From positions 352,001 through 416,000 of the forward strand of contig OZ242029.1 of the NCBI GenBank assembly GCA_965205015.1: 64,000 nucleotides of DNA, read 5' to 3'. Numbering within the stretch: position 1 is the stretch's first letter; the number at the start of each line of letters is the position of its first letter. The DNA comes from Candidatus Poribacteria bacterium (GTDB taxonomy: Bacteria; Poribacteria; WGA-4E; WGA-3G). The notes under the pieces were generated by a model. The model was not told the DNA's origin. It saw only the letters and a list, made by a program, of their open reading frames with translations, and did no database searches. Positions 38,912 through 49,214 of this stretch are shown one piece after another. The translations under genes were made by a program, and so were the position numbers.

Positions 38912-39649
38912 ATGATCCGACGAACCCTTTGGATCACTACACTGGGAAAGTTCGCACGCCTCCAAAATTCACTCTTAATAGTAATGTTCTTCTCAGTGTT
39001 GTTTGTTAGCACAGCACACCCACAAACCGTTGATGAAATTTTTCAGAATTTCAAAACGGCGTACGAAAAATCTAATAATTTCAGCGCGAACTTCGAGGAG
39101 ACGACGCTCTTCGCGAATAAGAAAAGTGTCGCTCGTGGACGGTTTATATTCGGGAAACCGAATTTGCTCCGTAAGGAGTATGTCGACCGGAACAACGCCT
39201 CAAAAGTCGTCCAACTCACTGTTTTGGACGGCGAATACGGCTGGACATATACCCCCATACTCAATCAAGTCAATAAGATGAAGTGGAATAATCCAGAACG
39301 TCGGGAACTGTTGCCGGGTATCGGTGCCTCACTTGAAGATGTCCAGAAAAACTACACTATGGCTCTGATTCCCGACGAATTTGCGAATCCAAAAGGTGTA
39401 CACCAAATTGAGTTGGCTCCTAAAATTCACATGGTGAACACGAATGCAAAGGAAACACTTCAAATCTGGGTGAAATCCGGTGAGTGGCTCCCTGTGCAAT
39501 TTGGCTATAAAACCGAATTCGAAGACGGTACGCGTCAAAGTGTGATTGTTACACTCACACGGATTGAACGAGATAAAGAACTCGCACCGGATCTTTTCAA
39601 GTTTGTGGTGCCTAAAGATGCCGAGGTAATAGATCTCTCCGAAAATTAG
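38912..39649 (+). CDS. lolA: Outer-membrane lipoprotein carrier LolA-like protein
   Basis: FSANFEE, GRFIFGKPNLLR, VLDGEYGWTYTP, LFKFVVPKDAEVID. Confidence 0.8.
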   Translation: MIRRTLWITTLGKFARLQNSLLIVMFFSVLFVSTAHPQTVDEIFQNFKTAYEKSNNFSANFEETTLFANKKSVARGRFIFGKPNLLRKEYVDRNNASKVVQLTVLDGEYGWTYTPILNQVNKMKWNNPERRELLPGIGASLEDVQKNYTMALIPDEFANPKGVHQIELAPKIHMVNTNAKETLQIWVKSGEWLPVQFGYKTEFEDGTRQSVIVTLTRIERDKELAPDLFKFVVPKDAEVIDLSEN

Positions 39650-39699
39650 TAATCGATCTCTTATAACGAGATAATTCCTATTCTTTCCGAGAATACATT

Positions 39700-40320
39700 A
39701 TGAATTTCGGTACCCTTTTGCGGTTGGCAAATCTCCTAACCCTTTTACGACTTTTCCTAATCCCCCCGTTCATATACTGTTTTCAGGCTGATAGGATGGG
39801 GGCTGCGCTCACTATTTTTGCCGTCGCAGCACTGACCGACCATTTTGATGGCAAAATCGCACGAAAACAAGGCGTGACGGGCTTCGGAAAATTCATGGAC
39901 CCGCTCGCTGACAAATTGTTAATCGGTGCTGCTTTAATCTGTTTAGCCCTCTTCAAACACGTTGACAGTGGACTCATCCCAGCATGGATGGTTTTTGTTA
40001 TCATCGGTCGTGAAGTTCTCGTTACATCCCTGCGCATTGTTTTCATCGCAAAGTACGGGCAAGTTGTTTCGGCAAACCAGTGGGGAAAATACAAGATGAC
40101 CTCACAACTGATTGCAATCATTATCGGGCTAACTTTACTCGCCTTTCAAGACCATCTAAACGCTGCACTCATTGTGCAAAGCCGGGGTCCCATCTATTTT
40201 ATGATGTATATCCCCTTAGTACTCACAGTCGGATCCGGTCTGGAATTTCTGGTTAACAATCGCAAACCTTTATTCGCGCTGGTTCATGCAACCCGTTACG
40301 ATCCAAAAGCAGGTGCGTGA
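39700..40320 (+). CDS. pgsA: CDP-diacylglycerol--glycerol-3-phosphate phosphatidyltransferase
   Basis: NLLTLLR, TDHFDGKIARK..FGKFMDPLADK. Confidence 0.92.
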   Translation: MNFGTLLRLANLLTLLRLFLIPPFIYCFQADRMGAALTIFAVAALTDHFDGKIARKQGVTGFGKFMDPLADKLLIGAALICLALFKHVDSGLIPAWMVFVIIGREVLVTSLRIVFIAKYGQVVSANQWGKYKMTSQLIAIIIGLTLLAFQDHLNAALIVQSRGPIYFMMYIPLVLTVGSGLEFLVNNRKPLFALVHATRYDPKAGA

Positions 40321-40901
40321 TGGACACAGTTAAAAGCGGCGTTATTCGCTGTTTCGTAGCAATTGAGATCCCAGAACCGATACAAGCCTTGCTGAAGATA
40401 GTGCGAACACACCTTCAGCCGCAGATTCACAGGGCTTCGTGGACAAAACCCGGAAATTTTCACCTCACCTTGAAATTCCTCGGCGATGTCCACCCTGAAG
40501 CAATCAGTGATATCAGCGAAGCCGTCCAGCGCGTGACAGATACACATCCGCCATTCTCCATTGACTTCGGAGGCATCGGGGCGTTCCCGAATCTCGCGCG
40601 TCCGCGTGTCATTTGGATGGGCATAAATCAGGGCGCGTCAAGGGTGACACGTCTTGCAAAAGCCGTGAACCTTGAATTGACACACCTCGGTTTCTCAGCA
40701 GACAATCGGTTTCATCCACACCTAACGCTCGCGCGACTGAGAAGCGCGACAAATCTTGAACCGTTAAAGAATATTCTACGTAAATATGATACAATTGTTG
40801 GTGGGTCCATGCGTGTAAACGAAATCACACTCATGCAGAGCCAACTTCACCCAAACGGGGCGATCTATACGCCTTTAAGCGTATGTCATTTTTCCGCGTA
40901 A
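40320..40901 (+). CDS. thpR: RNA 2',3'-cyclic phosphodiesterase (2H family)
   Basis: RCFVAI, HLTLKFLG, FHPHLTLAR. Confidence 0.93.
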   Translation: MDTVKSGVIRCFVAIEIPEPIQALLKIVRTHLQPQIHRASWTKPGNFHLTLKFLGDVHPEAISDISEAVQRVTDTHPPFSIDFGGIGAFPNLARPRVIWMGINQGASRVTRLAKAVNLELTHLGFSADNRFHPHLTLARLRSATNLEPLKNILRKYDTIVGGSMRVNEITLMQSQLHPNGAIYTPLSVCHFSA

Positions 40902-40960
40902 CGCGATGCCCGCAGCACCTATCCCTGATCGCAGGTGCACTATAAGGAGAACCTGAAAAA

Positions 40961-42016
40961 ATGCAAGATGAACAGAAACAGAAAGCCATTGACGATGCGA
41001 TTTCACAGGTCGAGCGTGAATTCGGTAAAGGCGCTATTATGCGCTTCACAGATAACGAAGTTGTGCCTGTTGAAGCCATTCCGACTGGGTCTCTCGCCCT
41101 TGACCTCGCGCTCGGTGTAGGCGGCGTCCCGCGCGGCAGAATCATCGAAATCTTTGGACACGAAGGCACTGGAAAAACTACCTTGGCACTCCATATTGTC
41201 GCCGAAGCACAAAAGTTAGGCGGAACGGCTGTTTTCATTGATGTTGAACACGCCTTGGATACCTCCTACGCTCGAAGTATCGGAGTCAACATGGAAAACC
41301 TACTGATCGCGCAACCCGATGCCGGCGAACAAGCCTTAGAAATCGTCGAAACGCTCATCCGTAGCGGCGCGATTGACCTGGTCGTCGTTGACTCGGTAGC
41401 CGCGTTAACCCCGCAAGCCGAAATCGAGGGTGAAATGGGCGACGCACACGTCGGCTTGTTACCCCGTCTCATGTCAAAAGCATTACGGAAATTGTCGGGC
41501 GTTACGAACAAATCCCAAACCTGTGTTATCTTCACAAATCAGATTCGGCAGAAAATCGGGATTATGTTCGGGAACCCAGATACAACACCCGGTGGACTCG
41601 CGCTCAAGTTCCACGCGTCCGTCCGCTTAGAACTCCGACGCGGTACCCAGATCAAAGATGGCACCGAAATTCTTGGGAGTAGTGTCCGGGCAAAAGTGGT
41701 GAAAAATAAAGTGGCACCGCCTTTTAAAGAGGCAGAATACGACGTTACTTTCGGGAAAGGCATCTCTAAAGAAGGAAATCTCTTGGATATCGCCGTTGAT
41801 AATGAATTCATTCAAAAGAGTGGGTCCTGGTTCGCCTACAACGGCGAACGAATCGGTCAGGGGAGAACGAATGCCAAAAAATATCTCGAAGAGAACCCAG
41901 ACGTGACAGCCGAAATCGAGGCGAAGATACGGGAAGCCCTGAGTGTGTCTCCAGATGCCGGGGCTGGTGCGATTCCTGAAGACGAAATCGACGATTCCGT
42001 TGAAATTGTGGAGTAA
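40961..42016 (+). CDS. recA: Recombinase A
   Basis: [50 protein letters not shown]. Confidence 0.98.
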   Translation: MQDEQKQKAIDDAISQVEREFGKGAIMRFTDNEVVPVEAIPTGSLALDLALGVGGVPRGRIIEIFGHEGTGKTTLALHIVAEAQKLGGTAVFIDVEHALDTSYARSIGVNMENLLIAQPDAGEQALEIVETLIRSGAIDLVVVDSVAALTPQAEIEGEMGDAHVGLLPRLMSKALRKLSGVTNKSQTCVIFTNQIRQKIGIMFGNPDTTPGGLALKFHASVRLELRRGTQIKDGTEILGSSVRAKVVKNKVAPPFKEAEYDVTFGKGISKEGNLLDIAVDNEFIQKSGSWFAYNGERIGQGRTNAKKYLEENPDVTAEIEAKIREALSVSPDAGAGAIPEDEIDDSVEIVE

Positions 42017-42058
42017 GAGGCAAGGTTCCACCCTTTAGCACGCCTGAGGGACGCATCG

Positions 42059-42094
42059 TTTCTATAGCGAGGTACGCACGCCTCGCTATAGAAA
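42059..42094. terminator. 14-bp perfect hairpin after recA
   Basis: TTTCTATAGCGAGG-8nt-CCTCGCTATAGAAA. Confidence 0.55.
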
Positions 42095-42136
42095 ACCTGT
42101 GAAAAGTCCCTCAAAAAACAAAAATATCAATTTTTC

Positions 42137-42165
42137 TTGACACAATTTTTTCGGTACGCTATACT
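42137..42165 (+). promoter_or_regulatory. sigma70-type promoter of the Pup-proteasome operon
   Basis: TTGACA-17nt-TATACT. Confidence 0.7.
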
Positions 42166-42286
42166 CTAAATATAAAGGGATGGGTCTATAAAGCAACAAC
42201 CCATCCGAACACAGTTATCCGCGTACTTGACTTTCACCGCTACGAGTGGAGTCGAAAAATCGTTTTGGAAAGTGAGAACTTCACGT

Positions 42287-44071
42287 ATGGCTATCAAAAG
42301 AGGAAATTCCACGGATTCCTTTGAGGAGCAAAAAAACGGCGATGCTGTTTGGTATCAACAGCAAATTCGCACACTCCAAGGGACCATTGACATGCTCGAA
42401 GACGAACTTGCCAGCATGCGACAACAACAGCGTGCTGTATATGTCAAGGACCTTGAAACTCGACTCTATGAAATGCAGCGTGAGTTAATGACCGCACACC
42501 GGCGGAATAAGAAACTCACGAGCACGCTACAAGAGGCGAAAGAGAAACTGGAAATCCTCAAAGAAAAGGTCGCACAACTGAGCGCACCGCCCAATAACTA
42601 CGGAGTCTTCCTCGCTTCAAACGAAGACGGCACCGTCGATATCGACATCAGCGGTAGAAAATGGCGTGTCAATCTCGATCCGTCACTCAGGGATAAAGAC
42701 CTTGCAGTTGGACAAGAAGTTATTGTCAACAGCGGGATGAACGTTGTTAATATCAAAACTGCTGAAAAGCATGGCGATGTCGTCAAAATCAAAGAACGGA
42801 TCGCGACTGAACGTGCCATCGTGAGCCTCCGCACCGATGAAGAACGGGTCGTCAGAATAGCCGAATCTCTCAAAGAGGAACCCCTGAAAGCCGGAGATCA
42901 CGTCCTTCTCAACCATACGACCAGTATGCTGATGGAAAAACTTCCGAAACGAGAAGTCGAAGATCTGCTACTCGAAGAGGTACCAGACATTGGTTACGCC
43001 GATATCGGTGGACTTGATACGCAGATAGAAGCGATTCGCGATGCCATTGAATTACCATACCTGTATCCGAAGGAATACAAAGAATTTAATCTCTCGCCGC
43101 CGAAAGGGGTACTCCTTTACGGACCACCGGGGTGTGGTAAGACTTTGATAGCCCGCGCCGTTGCCAGCAGTATCGCTGAACGTGTCCGAAAAGAAACAGG
43201 CAGAGATGAGGTTCGCGGCTATTTCATTAACATCAAGGGACCCGAACTTTTAAATAAGTATGTCGGTGAAACGGAACGTAAAATCCGAGAAGTCTTCCAA
43301 AAAGCACGCGATAAATCGCGAGAAGGATTTCCGGTTATCATCTTCTTTGATGAAATGGACTCTCTGTTCCGATCGAGAGGCATGGGAATCTCATCGGATA
43401 TGGAATCAACGCTTGTGCCGCAGTTCCTCTCCGAAATTGATGGTGTTGAGAACCTTCGGGATGTCATTGTCATTGGCGCCAGCAATCGACAGGATCTCCT
43501 CGATCCGGCTGTTCTAAGACCCGGCAGGCTTGACGTGAAAATAAAAATTGATCGCCCCAATCTTGACGGCGCTAAAGACATCTTCTCCATATATCTGACG
43601 CCACATATTCCGTTCTCTGAAGAAACTTGTCAGCAGTTCGATGGAGATACCGAGGCGGCCGCGAAACACCTCATCAATGAAGCGGCAAATGACATGTACG
43701 CAACGACTGATGAAAATCGGTTCATCGAGGTAACTTACGCGCGTGGTGAACGGGAAACCCTCTTCTTTAAAGACTTTGTCAGTGGCGCAATGATCGAAAA
43801 CATCGTTTCACGTGCCAAGAAAACAGCAATTAAACGTTTTATCGGTTCTGACGGGATTGACAAAGGGATACGGCTTGAAGATCTCAGAGCAGCCATCCGA
43901 GAAGAATACCACGAAAATGAAGACCTTCCGAATACTACGAATCCTGATGATTGGGCAAAAATCTCGGGTAGGAAAGGTGAAAAGATCGTTAATATCCGTG
44001 CTTTGATTAATGAACCCATACAGGAGAAAAAACAGAATGTCCGGGTGACCCGAGGCGGTACATTCCTTTAA
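42287..44071 (+). CDS. arc: Proteasome-associated AAA ATPase ARC/Mpa
   Basis: Coiled coil, PP..YG, GPPGCGKT, KGPELLNKYVGETE, FFDEMD, NEDLPNTTNPDDWAKISG. Confidence 0.96.
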   Translation: MAIKRGNSTDSFEEQKNGDAVWYQQQIRTLQGTIDMLEDELASMRQQQRAVYVKDLETRLYEMQRELMTAHRRNKKLTSTLQEAKEKLEILKEKVAQLSAPPNNYGVFLASNEDGTVDIDISGRKWRVNLDPSLRDKDLAVGQEVIVNSGMNVVNIKTAEKHGDVVKIKERIATERAIVSLRTDEERVVRIAESLKEEPLKAGDHVLLNHTTSMLMEKLPKREVEDLLLEEVPDIGYADIGGLDTQIEAIRDAIELPYLYPKEYKEFNLSPPKGVLLYGPPGCGKTLIARAVASSIAERVRKETGRDEVRGYFINIKGPELLNKYVGETERKIREVFQKARDKSREGFPVIIFFDEMDSLFRSRGMGISSDMESTLVPQFLSEIDGVENLRDVIVIGASNRQDLLDPAVLRPGRLDVKIKIDRPNLDGAKDIFSIYLTPHIPFSEETCQQFDGDTEAAAKHLINEAANDMYATTDENRFIEVTYARGERETLFFKDFVSGAMIENIVSRAKKTAIKRFIGSDGIDKGIRLEDLRAAIREEYHENEDLPNTTNPDDWAKISGRKGEKIVNIRALINEPIQEKKQNVRVTRGGTFL

Positions 44072-44153
44072 TAGTTCTCGGTTCTCGGTCATCGGTTAAG
44101 CGGTTTCCGTTTAACAAATCGCTCTTTAACTGACAACTGATAACTGATAACCC
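44072..44153. repeat. Heptamer-armed palindromic repeat element
   Basis: (GTTCTCG)n..GTTAAG..CTCTTTAA..(CTGATAA)n; related arms at 46814-46850, ~49340 and 59397-59492. Confidence 0.7.
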
Positions 44154-44161
44154 ATAAAAAC

Positions 44162-45673
44162 ATGGAAATACCAATCATAATGGGAACAGAGACTGAGTAC
44201 GGTATCTCAGTCAAAAACGCCCGCGAGCAGGATCCGGTTGCTGCTTCCACCTTGGTAGTGAACGCCTATAAAACTTCAAGGGGTGATATTCCGAGCGCGA
44301 GTGCCGCTGTCACGTGGGATTATGAACAAGAAAGTCCGTTGATGGACGCTCGGGGGTTTCTTGCTGAGGCAGAAACACCTATCAGCGAGGCAGACACAAA
44401 TAGCGCCGTCAATGATATATTGATAAACGGGGGGCGTTATTATGTCGACCATGCCCATCCGGAGTATTGCACGCCAGAATGTGCCAACGCCCGCGACCTA
44501 CTTCTCTACGAAAAGGCGGGCGAATTAATATTGGAAGTCAGCAGGGTAACAGCTGAACGGCTTTTGCTTGACAACCAAGAAATTATCATCTATAAAAATA
44601 ATACAGATTACAAAGGGCACAGTTACGGTTCCCATGAAAACTATCTCATGTCCCGTAAAGTGCCGTTTGATGCCATTGTTGATGGGTTAACCCCGTTCCT
44701 CGTTACCCGTATTATTATCACAGGCAGCGGCAAAGTCGGTGCAGAAAACGGAAGTAACGAAACAGATTATCAGATTTCTCAACGCGCCGATTTTTTTGAG
44801 AAAGAGGTAGGCCTCAGCACGATGGTGAATCGGCCTCTGATTAACACGCGCGATGAACCCCATGCTGACGATAAAACCTATCGACGTTTGCACGTCATCG
44901 TCGGCGATTCCAACATGTCCGAACTCAGCATCTATCTCAAAGTTGGCATGACTTCCATCGTGCTTCAGTTGATTGAGAAAGGGGTTGTCGGCAAAAAATT
45001 CAACTTAAAGGATCCCGTCGCGGCGATAAAAAGTATTTCACGAGACCTTTCGTGCAAAAATCAGATAGAACTTGCCGATGGAGAGCAGTGGACGCCAATA
45101 CAGGTCCAGCGTGCGTACCTCAAACTCGCGCAACACCATCTCACAGCCGAGGAGCGGACCCCCGTCGTTGAAGATGTCCTCGAAAAATGGCAATATGTGC
45201 TTGACAACTTAGAAATCAATCCGATGCGGCTCAGCCAACACCTCGACTGGGTCATTAAAAAGAAATTAATAGAGGCGTATCGCAAACGACACGGATACCA
45301 ATGGACGGACGCGCATGTCCAGATGCTTGACTTACAGTATCACGATATCCGCCCAGACAAAGGACTCTATATTAGACTGCTGAAAAATGGACATGTGAAA
45401 CGGTTGCTCAGTCATGAAGAAATTGTGCACGCAATGCGCTATCCGCCTGTGGATACCCGCGCATATTTTCGTGGCACCTGTTTACGGAAGTTTCCAAAGC
45501 ACATTTATAGTGCCAGTTGGAACTCAATGATTTTTATCGGTAAATCCGGGGGACTCGATAAAATTATGATGGATCGTCCCCATTTCGGCACACAAAAGAT
45601 CGTTGGCGAATTGCTGAATAACTGCACAGCAGAAGAACTCGTTAAAGAACTCCAAGGCAATTCTTCAAAATAG
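44162..45673 (+). CDS. dop: Pup deamidase/depupylase
   Basis: GTETEYG, Dop-loop WDYEQESPLMDARGF, YVDHAHPEY, SYGSHENY, INTRDEPHAD, RLHVIVGDSN. Confidence 0.95.
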   Translation: MEIPIIMGTETEYGISVKNAREQDPVAASTLVVNAYKTSRGDIPSASAAVTWDYEQESPLMDARGFLAEAETPISEADTNSAVNDILINGGRYYVDHAHPEYCTPECANARDLLLYEKAGELILEVSRVTAERLLLDNQEIIIYKNNTDYKGHSYGSHENYLMSRKVPFDAIVDGLTPFLVTRIIITGSGKVGAENGSNETDYQISQRADFFEKEVGLSTMVNRPLINTRDEPHADDKTYRRLHVIVGDSNMSELSIYLKVGMTSIVLQLIEKGVVGKKFNLKDPVAAIKSISRDLSCKNQIELADGEQWTPIQVQRAYLKLAQHHLTAEERTPVVEDVLEKWQYVLDNLEINPMRLSQHLDWVIKKKLIEAYRKRHGYQWTDAHVQMLDLQYHDIRPDKGLYIRLLKNGHVKRLLSHEEIVHAMRYPPVDTRAYFRGTCLRKFPKHIYSASWNSMIFIGKSGGLDKIMMDRPHFGTQKIVGELLNNCTAEELVKELQGNSSK

Positions 45674-45821
45674 CCATCGGTTTCCGTCAGGATGCTACGC
45701 TTTTAGGGGTCAGCAGAATAGCGGAACCGTTAGCAAGAGACTGGCGTGGAAGAACGGAAGGATGGAAACGTGGGTTCTCACCCTTCCATCTGAAAGTCGA
45801 TAACTATAAAAGGAGAAAATC

Positions 45822-46019
45822 ATGTCTACTGAAAAACGACAAGACCAGGTCAATCACCCTGTCGATGAAACCGAAGAGATTGAACTGAATGTCGAATCGA
45901 GCGAAATGGACGAGGAGTTCGTCGAAGACTTAGACTCACTTCTTGACGAAATCGATGAAATTCTGGAAGAAGATTCACAGGAATTCGTCGAAAACTATAT
46001 CCAACGAGGAGGGCAGTAG
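45822..46019 (+). CDS. pup: Prokaryotic ubiquitin-like protein
   Basis: 65 aa, acidic; LDSLLDEIDEILEEDSQEFVENYIQRGGQ. Confidence 0.95.
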   Translation: MSTEKRQDQVNHPVDETEEIELNVESSEMDEEFVEDLDSLLDEIDEILEEDSQEFVENYIQRGGQ

Positions 46020-46021
46020 GA

Positions 46022-46816
46022 GTGCTTGACCTCGATGATTATGGCACTTCTGACTTTCTCCAAATCCTTCAGCGTCGCCACCCTGAATTATTGGCGATGT
46101 CCAATTCGTCTGAGGCCGTCTCAAGTGCCCACATACCCGAGTCGTCATTGCGTTCTTACGAAGGCACAACCGTTTTAGCGCTTGTTTACAATGCGGGCGT
46201 CATTATGGCTGGCGACCGGCAGGCAACAGAAGGGTATCAGGTCGGAGAGCGGCGAATTCAGAAAGTCTATCCAGTGGATCGGCACTCGGCGATCGCCGTC
46301 GCGGGTGCCGCGGGTCCCTGTATTGAGATGGCGAAGCTCTTCCAAGTTGAGGTCGAATTTTACGAAAAGACGGAAGGGACGAGCCTCAGTCTTGAAGGTC
46401 AAGCAAATTTCCTCTCGCACTTGGTTCGCTCTAACTTAGGACTTGCCATGCAGGGCTTAATTGTCTTGCCACTCTTCGCCGGTTACGACTTGAAACGGCA
46501 ACGCGGTAGAATTTTCAAATACGATGCTGTCGGCGGTCGTTATGAGGAAGACGACTATTACGCAATCGGTTCCGGTGGTAAGGATGCCCGGACAACCCTA
46601 AAAAAACGGTACACCCCAGAGATCACGCGGCAAGCGGCATTAGAGAGTGTCGCGGAAGCACTCTGGGACGCTGCCGATGAAGATATCGCAACAGGCGGTC
46701 CTGATCTCATCCGGAAAATTTTCCCAACGCTTTACACTATTACCGAAGAAGGAGTCGCCGAGATTCCTGAGGCCACCGTAGAAGAACTATACCGGGACCT
46801 CATATCGCGCTTGTAG
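46022..46816 (+). CDS. prcB: 20S proteasome beta subunit
   Basis: Propeptide then G|TTVLAL..MAGDRQAT, GSGG, DAADEDIATGGPD. Confidence 0.95.
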   Translation: MLDLDDYGTSDFLQILQRRHPELLAMSNSSEAVSSAHIPESSLRSYEGTTVLALVYNAGVIMAGDRQATEGYQVGERRIQKVYPVDRHSAIAVAGAAGPCIEMAKLFQVEVEFYEKTEGTSLSLEGQANFLSHLVRSNLGLAMQGLIVLPLFAGYDLKRQRGRIFKYDAVGGRYEEDDYYAIGSGGKDARTTLKKRYTPEITRQAALESVAEALWDAADEDIATGGPDLIRKIFPTLYTITEEGVAEIPEATVEELYRDLISRL

Positions 46817-46910
46817 TTATCAGTTATCGGTCTCTGGTTATCGGTCACAAGAGGGTCTTGTTAAACGTAGGACTTACGCAATTTGCTGATGCGTACCTGT
46901 AACTCACACG

Positions 46911-46938
46911 CTGCTGGCGAGGTTTCCTAACCTCGCCA
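46911..46938. repeat. 28-bp palindromic repeat, exact second copy at 61652-61679
   Basis: CTGCTGGCGAGGTTTCCTAACCTCGCCA. Confidence 0.8.
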
Positions 46939-47011
46939 CATGACAGCGTGTAAACTTAATTATGGATTTACGATAAAAAAACAGTCCAGGAGTTTAATAG
47001 TTTAAAAAAAC

Positions 47012-47731
47012 ATGTCCACACCTTATTATGTTTCACCGGAACAGATCCGTCAGGATAAAGAGGATTTCGTGCATCGCGGCATCGCACAGGCGAAAGAGGT
47101 CGTCGTCTTAGAATTCCGGGATGGACTCCTGATGGTTGCCGAGAATCCACGCAAAACGACCTTTAAAATTTCCGAAATTTATGACAGGATTGCCCTGGCT
47201 GCGGCAGGTAGAATCGCTGAATATGAGGCATTACGCGTCGCTGGCATTCGCGAATCTGAAATTAAAGGGTTCCGCTACTACCGTGAAGATGTCACCGCGA
47301 AATGGCTGACGAACCTCTATTCACAGCACATGGGAGCCGTCGCACAAGCATGGGACGCGAAACCCTTGGAGATCGAACTCCTCGTATGTGAGGTAGGAAG
47401 CACCGATGCCGCAATAAACTCCCAGACGCAGAGAAATCAGATTTACCATATCGCCTTTGATGGCATCTATTCGGAAGAGGAAAAATACGCCGTTATTGGG
47501 GGGCGCGCCACGACGATCACCGAAATTTTGGAGCAGAGATATACAGAGGGTTTGGAGATATCAGCAGCACTGCAATTGGTAACAGAAACCTTTCAAACCG
47601 TTGAAGCAGACACCGAAGATGACTATGAAATCACACCGGAAACGATAGAAGTTGCATGTCTTGAACGAACCGCCGAACGCCGAAAATTTCGACGACTCTC
47701 TACTGAGGCAGTGACAAGGTTGTTATCCTGA
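47012..47731 (+). CDS. prcA: 20S proteasome alpha subunit
   Basis: PYYVSPEQ, AENP..KISEIYDRI, KPLEIELLVCEV, RRKFRRL. Confidence 0.95.
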   Translation: MSTPYYVSPEQIRQDKEDFVHRGIAQAKEVVVLEFRDGLLMVAENPRKTTFKISEIYDRIALAAAGRIAEYEALRVAGIRESEIKGFRYYREDVTAKWLTNLYSQHMGAVAQAWDAKPLEIELLVCEVGSTDAAINSQTQRNQIYHIAFDGIYSEEEKYAVIGGRATTITEILEQRYTEGLEISAALQLVTETFQTVEADTEDDYEITPETIEVACLERTAERRKFRRLSTEAVTRLLS

Positions 47732-47855
47732 TTTTTGCTGTAGGGCTACGCGTAGGGTCCAAAGATCATAAGCCCAAGCAACGCACCGGGCGGATATACG
47801 GAGAGAATATTTCTCGAAAAAAACGGCTGACCGAACCGCAAGGTAAATTAAAAAA

Positions 47856-49214
47856 ATGAAACGTAGAATTTACGGATTAGAAACTGAATTCGGAATCATC
47901 TGGACCCCTGATGCCCCGCGTAGAAAGACACTCACCGTTCAGAACGTCGTGATGTACCTCTTCCGTGAAATCGTTGCTGGGAGAATGTATCCCGATGTCT
48001 TCCTTGAAAACGGTGCAAGGTTCTACCAAGACATCGGATGCCACCCGGAATACGCGACCCCTGAATGCGATGATGTCACCGAACTCGTCGCTCACGATAA
48101 AGCCGGCGAACGCATCATCACACGGCTCGCCAGCACGGCGGAACGGCGCATGCGCAACGACGGGTTCTATGGAAAAATCTCTATCTTTAAAAACAACTTG
48201 GATACCCCCGGAAATACTTATGGATGCCACGAAAATTATTTGATGGAGCGACATGTCGATTTCCGTCAGCTGGCATCTCAGTTGATCCCGTTCTTTGTAA
48301 CCCGACAGGTTTTCGCAGGTGCCGGAAAAATCAAACCGAGTCATCGGGGTTACTACGCAATTTCGCAACGTGCCGAACACATCCGAGAGGAAATTTCTAT
48401 CGGTACCACAACGGCACGCGGGATTATCAACACACGCGACGAACCCCACGCCGACCGAGAGAAATACAGACGCCTACACGTGATCGTCGGAGATTCCAAT
48501 ATGTCCGAATTTTCGACTTTTTTGAAGGTGGGTACAACCGGTATTATCCTCCGCATGATTGAAGACAACTTTATTGAGCAGCGATTCGCGCTCCGCAATC
48601 CCGTCAAAGCGATCCGTGATATTTCCGACGATACGACATGTACACATCCCATCGAACTCCAAAACGGGAAGCGACTCACGGCTGTCGAACTCCAATGGCA
48701 ATATTTAGAATGCGCAAAACGATATCTCGAACACGCGGAATCCGACTCAACGACGAACCAAGTGATGGCACGCTGGGAGTACGTCCTGACATGTTTGGAA
48801 AGCGATCCGATGCAGTTGGACAGAGAATTGGATTGGGTGATTAAGTGGAAGTGGCTGCAGACCTACCTCACAAAGCGTGAACTTGAATGGGATGCCCCGC
48901 AAGTAAAACACTTAGATTTAAAATACCACAACGTGCGTCGGGGGGAAAGTCTCTACTACGCCCTTGAAAATCGGTCAGAAACCGAGCGAATTGTTAGAGA
49001 TGAGCAGATTCGCCATGCTGAGCAATTTCCACCTGAACGGACCCGAGCGAAATTCCGAGGCAAGTTTATCAAGAAAGTTAACGAGGGCAAAGTCCTGTGC
49101 GGTGTCAATTGGAGCTACATTCAACTTTATGAACCGTATCAGATCCTTTACCTCTCAACAGATCCTTTTAAACCCGAGTTTGACGAAGCAAGTCGAACAA
49201 TTTATTCAATCTAA
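47856..49214 (+). CDS. pafA: Pup-protein ligase
   Basis: RRIYGLETEFG, FLENGARFY..HPEYATPEC, YGCHENYL, INTRDEPHADREKYRRLHVIVGDSN; no Dop loop. Confidence 0.95.
   Translation: MKRRIYGLETEFGIIWTPDAPRRKTLTVQNVVMYLFREIVAGRMYPDVFLENGARFYQDIGCHPEYATPECDDVTELVAHDKAGERIITRLASTAERRMRNDGFYGKISIFKNNLDTPGNTYGCHENYLMERHVDFRQLASQLIPFFVTRQVFAGAGKIKPSHRGYYAISQRAEHIREEISIGTTTARGIINTRDEPHADREKYRRLHVIVGDSNMSEFSTFLKVGTTGIILRMIEDNFIEQRFALRNPVKAIRDISDDTTCTHPIELQNGKRLTAVELQWQYLECAKRYLEHAESDSTTNQVMARWEYVLTCLESDPMQLDRELDWVIKWKWLQTYLTKRELEWDAPQVKHLDLKYHNVRRGESLYYALENRSETERIVRDEQIRHAEQFPPERTRAKFRGKFIKKVNEGKVLCGVNWSYIQLYEPYQILYLSTDPFKPEFDEASRTIYSI

Noticed and set aside
45822-46019. UBact instead of Pup
   Set aside because: The GGQ terminus and LDEID..LEE..FV..Y.Q motif are Pup-type
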